IMG/VR virus record: IMGVR_UViG_2615840613_000003
Span: 1-64,000 of that record
Reading direction: 5' to 3' (one strand)
Origin: a virus
Lineage: Duplodnaviria > Caudoviricetes
Length of the DNA: 64,000 nucleotides
Under the pieces are notes generated by a model, which did no database searches, had not been told where the DNA came from, and worked only from the letters and a program-made list of their open reading frames with translations. Shown here in pieces: positions 30,409-39,779 of this stretch. The position numbers were made by a program, and so were the translations under genes. Each line of letters opens with the position of its first letter. Within the stretch, counting starts at the first letter, position 1.

Positions 30409-31929
30409 TCAGTCCTGTTGGGCGGAGTCCGGCTGCCCCGGGTCGGGTTCCGGATTGGTTGCCGGGTCGCTCGCCTGCGCGCTGCCGGTCTTGGTGACGC
30501 GGCGGGGATCGCTATCGAGCAACAGCCCGAGCGCGTCGAGCTTGGCGTTGGTCGCGGCGATCTCGGCCAGCACGGCGTCGGGATTGCGGCCCTGCTGTGC
30601 GATCACCTCGGCCAGAGTCATGGTGCCCGAGCGGATCGCCAGCAGGTTCGCCATCGCATCCTTCTGCGGATCGACTGCCTCGAATTTCGGCGGCGACCAT
30701 TCGACCGGCACATCCGGCACCGGGATCAGCCCCGCCGCCCATGCGGCCTCGGTGAACCAGCGCCAGACCGGGGTGCAGAGCATCGGAATGAAGAGCTGCC
30801 ACTGGACAGCGTCAATCATCCGGCGGAACTCGACGAGCCCCGCCCGGATGGAGGAGTAGTTGACCTGGCTGAGATCGCCGGTGAGTAGCTCGTAGGGCAC
30901 CCGGAACCCAGCCGAGATGGTATGCAAGCTTGCGCGCTTGTACTCGCCGTAGCCGCCGGTTGCGGCCGGCTGGTTGAAGCGGATGTCCTTGCCGCCGCGG
31001 GCATAGGCGATGAGTCCTGGTTCGAACTGCTCGACCCGGTTGCCGTCGGCGTCGACCACCGCCGGGGCGATGCCCTGTTGCGCCTCCTCTTCGCCGAAGA
31101 CGATGGCGGTGACGCAGGCCTCGGTCTTCTTGCGGACGATCTCGGCCACCTCGTAATCATCGAGATCACGCAGCGCGCGGATGACCGGCGCGCCCCAAGG
31201 GACGCCGCGCGCCTGCGTGCGCTGCTTCTCGTAGACATGCGCGATCTCGCTCGCTGGAACCGGTCGGCTCTGCAGGCCGTTTTGCAGGGCGCCATAGGCG
31301 TCGCCAGGATGCTCGGCGTGGAGCCAGTAGGCCTTGCGCTTGCCGAGCGGATCGAACTCGATCCCCTGCACGAGGCGGCCCGCACCGAGCGCGCCGGATT
31401 TGGTGACGTCGAGGAAGTCGGCCTCCAGCACCTGCAATTGCAGCGGGACAGCAAGGCCGTCTGCGGCGCGGCGCAAGCGACGGCGCACCAGCACTTCGCC
31501 GGCCTCGACCATCTCACGGCAGATCAGCGTCTGAAGCCCGTAGAAGTCGAGCTGGCCGTCGGCGTCACAGGCTTCGGCCCATCGTTCGAACAGATCGTCG
31601 ACGCGGCGGTCCAGCGCCTCGTCGCCACTGGCGGCCCGCGGCATGATGCCCGCGCCAATGATGTTGTTCACCAGCACCGCCACGGCCTTGGCCGCATGCG
31701 GGTTGTTGCGCACGAGATCACGCATCCGGTCGCGCAGCAGCGCCCCGGCCATGCCGATCTCGGTATCGGCCGAGGATCCCGGCGTGCGCCAGCCATCGGT
31801 GCGACGCCCTCGCGCAGCACCGTCATAGCCCCGCGCGAGAGTCTCGAAGGCCTGCCGCGCCAGCACCCGACGTGCAGCGGCCCGCGGGGCGACCGACGCG
31901 ATGGCGCGGTCGAACCAGTTCACGGCCAT
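30409..31929 (-). CDS. Portal protein, lambda family
   Basis: LRDRMRDLVRNNP, QARGVPW, TGDLSQVNYSSIRAGL and VDPQKD. Confidence 0.92.
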   Translation of the reverse strand: MAVNWFDRAIASVAPRAAARRVLARQAFETLARGYDGAARGRRTDGWRTPGSSADTEIGMAGALLRDRMRDLVRNNPHAAKAVAVLVNNIIGAGIMPRAASGDEALDRRVDDLFERWAEACDADGQLDFYGLQTLICREMVEAGEVLVRRRLRRAADGLAVPLQLQVLEADFLDVTKSGALGAGRLVQGIEFDPLGKRKAYWLHAEHPGDAYGALQNGLQSRPVPASEIAHVYEKQRTQARGVPWGAPVIRALRDLDDYEVAEIVRKKTEACVTAIVFGEEEAQQGIAPAVVDADGNRVEQFEPGLIAYARGGKDIRFNQPAATGGYGEYKRASLHTISAGFRVPYELLTGDLSQVNYSSIRAGLVEFRRMIDAVQWQLFIPMLCTPVWRWFTEAAWAAGLIPVPDVPVEWSPPKFEAVDPQKDAMANLLAIRSGTMTLAEVIAQQGRNPDAVLAEIAATNAKLDALGLLLDSDPRRVTKTGSAQASDPATNPEPDPGQPDSAQQD

Positions 31930-32138
31930 CAGCGATCCCCGCGCGAGAAGCCCGCGAGACCGGCCACCGGCAGCGGCCGGCCGACACCCGCGATGGCGCG
32001 CTCGATGGTACGGATGCGGGCGAGCAGATCCTCGGCCGAACCATAGTCCACCGACTTGCCGTCATAGCTGACCCGCGTCGTGCCGCTGGCATAGGCCCGG
32101 CGCAGCGCCGAAAGTTCGGTGTCCGTCCAATCGGTCAT
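31929..32138 (-). CDS. gpW-like head completion protein
   Basis: LRRAYASGTTRVSYDGKSVDY; between terminase and portal. Confidence 0.8.
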   Translation of the reverse strand: MTDWTDTELSALRRAYASGTTRVSYDGKSVDYGSAEDLLARIRTIERAIAGVGRPLPVAGLAGFSRGDR

Positions 32139-34144
32139 CAGAACCATCCCTCCCGCCGCCCGAGCCAGTCGGAGCGGCGCTTTCCCTGCGGGGCGTGTCC
32201 AGGTCGATTGATCTGCCCGGCGGGATCGCTGTCGGTCGGCGCCGCCCGGAGCTGATCCTCGAGGTCACGCCATTTCTCGTCGGTCCAGCGGTCCGCGCCC
32301 GCGATCCAGGCGGCGGCGCGGGCGTAGACCCGGCAATCCAGCGCCTCGTTGCGTTCGCGCAGCTTCTGCCATTCCAGCCGGGCGAAGCCGCGCTTCGTGC
32401 GCACCGTCACAAGCTGCTCAGCCACGACCTGCTTCAGCCACTCGCTCTCGACCCATGTCGGCAGGTGGATCGTGCCGGGCGGGAACGCCGCGCCCTCGTC
32501 ACGTTCCTCGGCCGTCGGGCGCTCCAGCCGCAGGAAGCGGTAGGTTTCGGCCTTGAAGGTCGAGACCGCCACCGTCCAGAGCCGGGCGCCGCGGCGCAGG
32601 CGTTTCCCGCCCTCGGTCGCATCGACGAAGGTGGGGCCGGAGACCGGACTAGAGCGATTGAAGCCTTCGAGACCCTTGACCGGCGCGACCTGCGCGAAGC
32701 CGACTTTGCGCGACCAGGCGTAGACGGCCGGGGCTTCGTAGCCCGTGTCGATGGCGAGCCGCGCGATCCGAAGGTGCGCGCCGTTTTCATGTGGCCACGA
32801 CCGGTCCAGGAGTTCCGTCAACTGGTCCCAAGCGTCATGCCGATCCGGCCCGCCCTCGAGCACGACGTGATCGACGAGCCAGCTCTCAAGCCCTCGGCCC
32901 CAGGCCCAGACATCGACCTCGATCCGGTCCTTCTGGACATCCGCGCCCGCAGTCAGGAACAGCCCGCCCGCTGGCACCGTGCCTGGCCGCCACGCCTCTC
33001 GTCGATCGTAGAGCCGCTGCCAGTCCGGCGCCTCGCCGGTTTCGACCCATGTCTCGCCGAGAATGGTGTTGCGGAACGCCTTGATCGCCTCGTCGGAGCC
33101 TTGCGCCGCCTCCCAGCTGCGCACAATCCGTGACCAGCTGAGCCAGCCGACAGGCGAATAGAGCGCCGAGAGGTGGTAGCCGACCGTCGTGGGATCAGCG
33201 GCGACAGCGGTCGCCCGCCATTCGCCGCGCCCCAGCATCGCCGTCTTGTGGTGCTCCGCGATGGGTTGATCGCAGCTCTCGCAGAGATACTCCGCCGTCT
33301 CCGGCTTGCCCTTCTGCCAGCGCAGCCGATCGAACTTCATCCACTGCATCGCCCCGCAATGCGGGCACGGGACGAAGTAGCGCCGCTGGTCGGACGCCTC
33401 GAATTCCCGCTCGATCCGGGAGAGCCCACGGACCGTCGGGGTCGAGACCAGGAACACCTTGCGCCGGTGGGCGAAGGTCAGCGACCGTGCCTCGGCCAAG
33501 GTCACCGGATCGCCTTCCTCGTCGGCCGAGGCCGGATAGGCGTCGACCTCGTCGAGGAAGATGTAGCGCGCCGGGGCCGAGCGCAGCCCGACCGCCGAGT
33601 TCGCGCCCGTCATGATCAGGATGCCGCCAGCGAATTCCTTGGACAGCATCGTGTTGCCCGCGTCGCGCGACCGCGCGGGCTTCACCCGCTCGCGCAGCTC
33701 AGGGCTTTCGTCGATCAGCGGGTCGATCCGCTGGCGCGAGTTGCGCTTGGCCAGTTCCACGGTCGGCTGGACCGCGAGCATGGGGCCCGGGGCCTGATGG
33801 ATGGCGAACCCGATCCAGTTGTTGCCCGCCTCGGTCGCGCCGACCTGCGCGGCCTTCATGAACACGATCCGTTGCGCTGCGTCGCCGGGCGACAGCCGGT
33901 CCATGATCTCGCGCATGTAGGGCGTGCGCGCAGTGCGATACCGCCCGGGTTCGGCCGAAGCGCGGCCCGAGAGCATCCGGTGCCGGTCCGCCCATTCCGA
34001 CACGGTCAGGTCCGGGTCGGGCCGCAGCCCGTTGCCCCAGGCGCGCAGGATCTCCGCCGCGCCGTCGAAGTCCGTCAGGCCATCGCCGTTCTCACCGGAA
34101 GTCGGGCCGGACCTCGGCGAGTTCGTCGAGGTGGGCGCGTACAT
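32138..34144 (-). CDS. Terminase large subunit, GpA family (start uncertain)
   Basis: KAAQVGATE, FLDEVDAY, STPT, CPHC, ADVQKDR, DTGY and RNEALDC. Confidence 0.93.
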   Translation of the reverse strand: MYAPTSTNSPRSGPTSGENGDGLTDFDGAAEILRAWGNGLRPDPDLTVSEWADRHRMLSGRASAEPGRYRTARTPYMREIMDRLSPGDAAQRIVFMKAAQVGATEAGNNWIGFAIHQAPGPMLAVQPTVELAKRNSRQRIDPLIDESPELRERVKPARSRDAGNTMLSKEFAGGILIMTGANSAVGLRSAPARYIFLDEVDAYPASADEEGDPVTLAEARSLTFAHRRKVFLVSTPTVRGLSRIEREFEASDQRRYFVPCPHCGAMQWMKFDRLRWQKGKPETAEYLCESCDQPIAEHHKTAMLGRGEWRATAVAADPTTVGYHLSALYSPVGWLSWSRIVRSWEAAQGSDEAIKAFRNTILGETWVETGEAPDWQRLYDRREAWRPGTVPAGGLFLTAGADVQKDRIEVDVWAWGRGLESWLVDHVVLEGGPDRHDAWDQLTELLDRSWPHENGAHLRIARLAIDTGYEAPAVYAWSRKVGFAQVAPVKGLEGFNRSSPVSGPTFVDATEGGKRLRRGARLWTVAVSTFKAETYRFLRLERPTAEERDEGAAFPPGTIHLPTWVESEWLKQVVAEQLVTVRTKRGFARLEWQKLRERNEALDCRVYARAAAWIAGADRWTDEKWRDLEDQLRAAPTDSDPAGQINRPGHAPQGKRRSDWLGRREGWF

Positions 34145-34652
34145 GTTTCTCCAAGGCCTTCTGCATGGTGGCCGCCTCCACGCCGAGTTCGGCCGCCATC
34201 AGCGCCGCCGCGCGCGCCGGCCAGTTCACCCAAGCATCGCGCTCCTCGCGCGCCAGCCGGAACACGACCGCAACCGCCCGGGCGCGGTCGACGAGTTCTC
34301 CCTTGAGCTTCTGAAGCCGGATGCGCCGCTCCTGGGCCTTCAGCACCTCATTCGCGGTCTTGGCCTGCAGGAAGGTCGTGCCGCTGCCGACGGGTGGCGC
34401 GGCAAGCCCTTGTTCCCGCAGAGTGTCGCCAACGGCGGACACGGCCGCGTCGGGGACAGGTTTCAGCTTCGGCGCGGGCGGTTTCCGGGTCTTGGACGGG
34501 TCCGTCATCGCCGCCCGGCGTGTATCGCTCGCCTCTGCGTCGATGCTGCCATCCTCATGGAGGACCAGCCGTCCCGCCGCCTTCGCCTTCTGGATCGCGC
34601 CCCGCGAGAGACCGACGCGCGCGGCGTATTGGCGCTCGCTCATGCCTAGCAT
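34092..34652 (-). CDS. Terminase small subunit (Nu1-like)
   Basis: N-terminal HTH MSERQYAARVGLSRGAIQKA and coiled coil KLKGELVD; overlaps terL. Confidence 0.75.
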   Translation of the reverse strand: MLGMSERQYAARVGLSRGAIQKAKAAGRLVLHEDGSIDAEASDTRRAAMTDPSKTRKPPAPKLKPVPDAAVSAVGDTLREQGLAAPPVGSGTTFLQAKTANEVLKAQERRIRLQKLKGELVDRARAVAVVFRLAREERDAWVNWPARAAALMAAELGVEAATMQKALEKHVRAHLDELAEVRPDFR

Positions 34653-34764
34653 CGGTCGCTCCGATTATCATTCAGATTCATGTGCTTATTGAGTTGATAA
34701 GCAGCGCGACCGGAGCGAACGTCACTCCAACGACGCGATGCAACTCGACCACGGAGCCACCACG

Positions 34765-34989
34765 ATGACCCGCTGCACACAGGACAACACGAAGGCCCTC
34801 GACGCCTTCCTCGCCGCCAAGTTCGAGATCGACGCGATGCTGGAACGCCTCGCTGCTCTCAGCGCGGACCACTTCGAGGTCCACCCCGACGAGATCCACT
34901 GGGGCCATGTCGGCACCCTGAACCACTACAGCGCCAGACTGCGGGAGATCACCGATATGGCGTTCTGCGAAGGCGAACACGCCGAGTAG
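34765..34989 (+). CDS. Small hypothetical phage protein
   Basis: SD GGAG before the ATG; ALDAFLAAKFEIDAMLERL...INHWGHV-like motif IHWGHVG; pairs with the DUF3489 gene. Confidence 0.65.
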   Translation: MTRCTQDNTKALDAFLAAKFEIDAMLERLAALSADHFEVHPDEIHWGHVGTLNHYSARLREITDMAFCEGEHAE

Positions 34990-35082
34990 CGCCAGCCTCT
35001 CCGAAGCCTGCCCGCCGCGAGACGGGCTTGGGGTCGTAGAAGGGCCGCGATGGGCGCGGCCCCGACCATGGAGACGACCCCG

Positions 35083-35670
35083 ATGACCCAGCTTTCCGAC
35101 ACTCAAGCCGTGATCCTCAGCGCTGCTGCTCAGCGCGACGACGGCAACGTCCTGCCGCTGCCCGGTTCCCTGCGCGGAGGCGCCGCCGTCAAGGTGGTGG
35201 GCGCGCTTCTCTCTCGCGGACTGGTCGCGGAAACGGTGACCGACAGCCAGACGAAGGCCGACGCCGCGCTCAACCGCATCTGGCGCAACGACGAGAACGG
35301 TTGCGCCATCCTCCTGCACATTACCGACGCTGGTCTCGCCGCCATCGGCATCGAGCTGGAGGGGCCCGACACCGCGCTCACGGACGCCAACGAAACGCCG
35401 AGCGCGGACGCCCCGGAGAACACCCCGCGTGAGAGCGATCCCGCGCCCAAGGCGCGCACGCGGCGCGAGGGCACCAAGCAGGCTACCCTGATCGCCATGC
35501 TGCGCGCACCGGAAGGCGCGACCATCGCGGAGATCATGACCGCGACCGGCTGGCAGTCGCACACGGTGCGCGGCGCGATGGCCGGGGCGCTGAAGAAGAA
35601 GCTCGGGCTCGAAGTGACTTCGGAGAAGATCGAGGGACGCGGACGGGTCTACAGGCTTCCACCTGTCTGA
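35083..35670 (+). CDS. DUF3489 protein (wHTH)
   Basis: TQLSDTQAVILSAAAQR...GTKQATLIAMLRAPEGATIAEI...GWQSHTVRGAMAG. Confidence 0.82.
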   Translation: MTQLSDTQAVILSAAAQRDDGNVLPLPGSLRGGAAVKVVGALLSRGLVAETVTDSQTKADAALNRIWRNDENGCAILLHITDAGLAAIGIELEGPDTALTDANETPSADAPENTPRESDPAPKARTRREGTKQATLIAMLRAPEGATIAEIMTATGWQSHTVRGAMAGALKKKLGLEVTSEKIEGRGRVYRLPPV

Positions 35671-35693
35671 AGGCCGAAGCGTCGAACCGGATG

Positions 35694-35720
35694 CGCCGCC
35701 CTTCGGGGCGGCGGTTTACG
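35694..35720 (+). terminator. Intrinsic terminator-like hairpin
   Basis: CGCCGCCC-TTCG-GGGCGGCG followed by GTTTACG, after the DUF3489 stop. Confidence 0.55.
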
Positions 35721-35846
35721 TTTCGGCACAGCCGTGATATGCGCGTTCCCGCGAAAATCATCCCGACTTCGACCCTCATCGCTGGTTCTTCATTCGCGGC
35801 CCTCCGGACCGCAGGCATTCGCATGTCTGCAAATCCCGGAGGACGA

Positions 35847-36059
35847 ATGATGAACTACAAGCGCAAGAAATCCCGAACCAGAAGCAGGAGCGTCGGCGCG
35901 TTCCCGAACGGAACGCCGTCGCACTGGAACATCCTGTTCCACAGCCGTCCGCGCCGCCGCCGCAACGCCCGGACGATCACCCGGCTGCTGCACGGCGCCG
36001 ATCCCGATACGCTGATCTGGGATCTCGGCAACCACAAGCCGCACAAATACTACTGGTGA
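35847..36059 (+). CDS. Small basic hypothetical protein
   Basis: SD GGAGG; Arg/Lys-rich; ends KPHKYYW. Confidence 0.55.
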   Translation: MMNYKRKKSRTRSRSVGAFPNGTPSHWNILFHSRPRRRRNARTITRLLHGADPDTLIWDLGNHKPHKYYW

Positions 36060-36063
36060 TGCC

Positions 36064-36285
36064 ATGACCAATGTTTCCACCGATCACGGCACGGTCCTGC
36101 CATCAGGCTCCTCCGCCCTCGTCGTCTCCGCCGAGGGCGAGCTGTCCTTCTATCTGCCCGACAATCCGCTGGATGCACCGGTCCCGCACCTGGTCCAGCT
36201 TCTCGTGGCCGTGCTGATGCGGAGTGAGGACGAGGACTGGGTGGAGGAGATGCTCGGCATCTTCGAGGATCAGTCCCGGAACTGA
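36064..36285 (+). CDS. Small acidic hypothetical protein
   Basis: Starts 4 bp after the previous stop; acidic C-terminus. Confidence 0.45.
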   Translation: MTNVSTDHGTVLPSGSSALVVSAEGELSFYLPDNPLDAPVPHLVQLLVAVLMRSEDEDWVEEMLGIFEDQSRN

Positions 36286-36500
36286 CCGCTGACCCGGATC
36301 GCCTCGAACAGCCTCCGCAGCAGGAAGCTGCGCAGAATCGAGACGACGGTGAAGATCGCCCCGATCGCCAGCGCGTCGTTGAGGCGCGCGGGCAGACCGA
36401 ACCACGGAAAGATCACCAGCTGGGTCGCAACCGCGACGCCATAGCCGACGGCCACGTTGGCGATGGCTTCGACCAGCGACATGATGCGCGACTGCTTCAT
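36270..36500 (-). CDS. Small two-TM phage protein
   Basis: MKQSRIMSLVEAIANVAVGY...IFTVVSILRSFLLRRLFE; commonly follows phage MTases (recall). Confidence 0.7.
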   Translation of the reverse strand: MKQSRIMSLVEAIANVAVGYGVAVATQLVIFPWFGLPARLNDALAIGAIFTVVSILRSFLLRRLFEAIRVSGQFRD

Positions 36501-37455
36501 GCTGGCATCCCGTCATCGATCGGCCAGCAACTCAGCTGCGAGAGTTCTGAGCGCATGCGCCGCAACCAGCGGGACCACTCCGTTCCCTCAGAGCCGAAGC
36601 CGGTCCACCCGGTGGGCCAGCCCATCAGCGCCTCGACGAACAGCGGGTTCAAGGTTCGGCGCGCATCGGAGGTATCGCTCCCAGCCATAGGTGTCACCAG
36701 GACCTGGCGGCCAAGCAGGCCGTTCACCGGCGTGTTCGCCAACGTCGTCGCCCCATCCTTGTGGTCGCGCGCCGTCGGCGTCATCCATATCCCCGCCGCA
36801 TGGGTCAGGTCGGCACTCCTGCGGTTGCCAGCGCTCGGCTTGCAGCCGTCGCTCGCCATCGGCGTCGGCCAATCCCGCGCCATCCGGTCCAGACCCTTCT
36901 CGTCGCGCCTGTCGCCACCTCGACTGCGAAAACTGTCGGTCTGCGGCGTCGGAAGTCGGCGCGCCCCACAAGCGTGAGCGGCTCTTCATCCTCGCCATCC
37001 GCGAGGGAGACGAACTGGCCGACCCCGCGCGCCTGCTCTGGAACCCGGTCGAGTGGCGGCAACCGGACCGAATTGCTGCAGCTCTGGCCGACGCCCCGCG
37101 CCAACGCCAACGAGAACCGGCAGACGAAGCCGACGCCATCGCAGGAAGCGGGTCAGCACGGGATGAACCTCGCAACGACGGCGGCGATGTGGCCGACGCC
37201 GCAGACCGACAGTTTTCGCAGTCGAGGTGGCGACAGGCGCCGGATCCAGGGCCGCGTCTTCCATCCGCGCCACGAGGACGGCTGCGGCGTAGGTTTCTCG
37301 TTCGACATGGCCCACAGCACGATATCCGGGGATGGCGACGGCGAGCCCGAGATCGAGCCCGCCAGCGCCGGAGCAAAGCGAGAGGCCGAACAGGCATGCG
37401 TCTGCGGTTCCGGAAGTGCATCCGGAGGAAGGTAGAGCCAGGTCATGCATGTCAC
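36497..37455 (-). pseudogene. Dual-frame C5-cytosine methyltransferase, disrupted by inversion/deletion and a TGA
   Basis: Motif I LSLCSGAGGLDLG at the start. Motif VIII GAPHKRERLF lies on the opposite strand. Motif X reads RLRL*GNGVVP. No PCQ or ENV motif. The overlapping frame has WPTP repeats and LNPLFVEALMGWP. Confidence 0.8.
36905..37240. repeat. Perfect 48-bp inverted repeat (36905-36952 / 37193-37240) flanking an inverted segment
   Basis: GCGCCTGTCGCCACCTCGACTGCGAAAACTGTCGGTCTGCGGCGTCGG and its exact reverse complement. Confidence 0.92.
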
Positions 37456-38789
37456 GCGGCTATTTCGGGTTCGGTTTCAGACGCGGCCGGGGCATCCCCA
37501 AGCCGCTCGGTCCTCACCTGCGCGAATGTCCGACCGTCGCCGTCGAGGATCGCTTCGCGACCCGTTTCGGCCTGCCAGCGCTCCACGGCCACATCGACAT
37601 AGGCCGGGCTGATCTCCATCGCAAAGACGCGCCGACCATTGGCTTCGCCCGCCATGATCTGCGAGCCGGAGCCCGAGAAGGGCTCGTAGCAGAGCCCGCC
37701 GCGCGCCACGTGCTGGCGCATCGGGATCCCGAAGGCGTCGAGCGGCTTCGGCGTCGGATGGTCGGGCCGCTCGTCCCTCGCGAAGCTCGGCATCTCCCAG
37801 GTCGAGGGCAATGTCTCGTCCGCCACCTTCGGCGGTCGGTTGGGGCGCCGCCAGCCCATGAAGCACGGCTCGTGCTTCCAGAGGTAATGCGAGCGGGTCA
37901 GGACGCCCCGGTCCTTCACCCAGATGATCTGCTGGTGAACGAAGGCGCCGGCCTTCTCCCAGCAGGCCTCCAGCATCGCCTGGCGACGCGAGGCGTGCCA
38001 GCAGTACCAGGCGGCATCCTCGGTGATCGCCTCGGCGATGGCAGCGGCGATGAAGCCGTCGTAGAGGTCCGCGCCCTGCGAGCTGTCGTCCCAGGTCACG
38101 CCGTAGGACTGGCTCCAGTCCTTGTTGCGCGTCGGGTGGTTGGAGCCGTCATAATCGACGAGATACGGCGGGTCGGTCGCGAACAGCACTGCGCGCTCGC
38201 CGTTCATCAGGCGGCGGACATCGGCATGGGAGGTCGCGTCACCGCAGAGCAGACGATGCTCACCGAGGATCCACAGATCGCCGGTCCGCGAGGCCGGGTT
38301 GCGCGGCGGTTCGGGGATGGTCACCGGGGGCACGCTGGCACCGCCGCCTTCCTGGCCATCGCCCTCCTGCACATAAGCTAGCAGCTTGTCGAGCTCGCCG
38401 TCGGAAAACCCGACCAGCGACAGGTCGAAGTCCTCGGCCAGCAACTCGTTCAACTCGGCCGAGAGCAGCGCCTCGTCCCAGCTTCCCAGTTCCGTCAGCT
38501 TGTTGTCCGCGATGCGGTAGGCCCGGCGCTGCGCCTCGGTCAGATGACCGAGCACGATCACAGGCGCCTCCGTCAACCCCAGCTGCGTCGCGGCAAGCAC
38601 GCGCCCATGGCCTGCGATCAGCTCCCCGTCCTCGGCCACGAGGCAGGGCACGGTCCAGCCGAACTCGGCCATGCTGGCGGCGATCTTCGCGACCTGGTCT
38701 GCCCCGTGCACCTTCGCGTTCTTCGCGTAGGGCTGGAGCCTGGCCAGCGGCCACATCTCGATCCGCTCGGGAGCGAAGCTCAGCGTCAT
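37452..38789 (-). CDS. ParB-N domain + N6/N4 DNA methyltransferase
   Basis: IAGHGR and AYRIADNK (ParB-like); HRLLCGD, TDPPY, HPTPKP and EPFSGSGS. Confidence 0.9.
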   Translation of the reverse strand: MTLSFAPERIEMWPLARLQPYAKNAKVHGADQVAKIAASMAEFGWTVPCLVAEDGELIAGHGRVLAATQLGLTEAPVIVLGHLTEAQRRAYRIADNKLTELGSWDEALLSAELNELLAEDFDLSLVGFSDGELDKLLAYVQEGDGQEGGGASVPPVTIPEPPRNPASRTGDLWILGEHRLLCGDATSHADVRRLMNGERAVLFATDPPYLVDYDGSNHPTRNKDWSQSYGVTWDDSSQGADLYDGFIAAAIAEAITEDAAWYCWHASRRQAMLEACWEKAGAFVHQQIIWVKDRGVLTRSHYLWKHEPCFMGWRRPNRPPKVADETLPSTWEMPSFARDERPDHPTPKPLDAFGIPMRQHVARGGLCYEPFSGSGSQIMAGEANGRRVFAMEISPAYVDVAVERWQAETGREAILDGDGRTFAQVRTERLGDAPAASETEPEIAA

Positions 38790-38987
38790 GGGCAAGGCGT
38801 TTCCGTCGTGCGGGTGGATTGCCGGCTGGCTTCCGGACTCCGGATGCCGCGCTGGACTCCACGCGGGATCCAGCGGCGTCCGGCCACCAGGCCCGAAAGC
38901 CAGCATTCATTGGGGTCTGCGCGGGGTTCCGGCGGCTCCGACTTCCGGGTGGCTTCCCAAAAATCCGGCCCTGCCGCTGGCGATGCG

Positions 38988-39031
38988 CCGCGCTTCGCCC
39001 GCCAGCATACGATTTCCGCCAGGAAGGACCC
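38988..39031 (-). other. Candidate lambda-like cos site (cosQ + cosN)
   Basis: Minus strand GGGTCCT (same as lambda cosQ), 20 nt, then TGGCGGGCGAAG-CGCGG, resembling lambda cosN GGGCGGCGACCT-CGCGG. Confidence 0.5.
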
Positions 39032-39260
39032 GTGAACTCGTATGCTCAGGCGATGTTGGCGTGAACGGGCATCGATCCGTAACGAAAGGATCAGTGCGGA
39101 TCCTTTACTTGGATCGGTTCCAGTGAAAGGATCCGTGCGCTCGTGATCGCGACGCGCGCGCCCCTCCCGAGAATAGCCAGAATCTACCCAAGAACTGGGG
39201 TTTTCGTCTCTTCGAAAAGTGTCCGGCGGACACTTTCCGCTTCGCTTCGCGAGCTTGCGA

Positions 39261-39779
39261 TCATTCGCCGAGGAGCGCTCGCAGATCTTTCATCAGCAGG
39301 AAGAGATGATAGGGGTCGGTCGGACTCGGCTCGAAGTCGAACTGCTCGTACCAGGCGCGCGCTTCATCGTCCTTGGCATGAACGAGAAGCGCTCGGATAC
39401 CTGCAATTTCGGCAGCTTGAGCCGTGCGCAGCAGTGCATCCTTGAGCAATGCTTTGCCCAGCCCCTTTCCCTGCTCGGCTCGGTCGATGGCAAGCCGCGC
39501 GAGGAGCATTACCGGGATCGGATGACGGGCAAGCCCTTTGCCGACACGACCGGGAGCGTCGGCATGTTCAACGGCGCCGACCGCAAGGCTGTAATAGCCC
39601 GCGACACGCTGCTCCCTGCGGCACACGACATAGGTCTGAGCGCTGCCCGCTTTCTGGTTGACCAGAGCGTGGCGTTGCAGGAATCGATCCAGAGTTTCCT
39701 TGCCGCAATCAAACGCGTCGACCTCGTGGGAGGCATCGAGCTTTTGGACGGCAGAGAACGATTGGTTCTCCGCCGTCAC
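39261..39779 (-). CDS. GNAT acetyltransferase toxin (TacT/AtaT family)
   Basis: FDCG...LDRFL, VAGYYSL, PVMLLARLAID...QGKGLGKALLKDA and LVHAKDDEARAWYE. Confidence 0.9.
   Translation of the reverse strand: MTAENQSFSAVQKLDASHEVDAFDCGKETLDRFLQRHALVNQKAGSAQTYVVCRREQRVAGYYSLAVGAVEHADAPGRVGKGLARHPIPVMLLARLAIDRAEQGKGLGKALLKDALLRTAQAAEIAGIRALLVHAKDDEARAWYEQFDFEPSPTDPYHLFLLMKDLRALLGE

Noticed and set aside
36905-37240. Invertase-controlled phase-variable switch
   Set aside because: The IR is duplicated coding sequence and the catalytic motifs are deleted, so neither orientation restores a gene.
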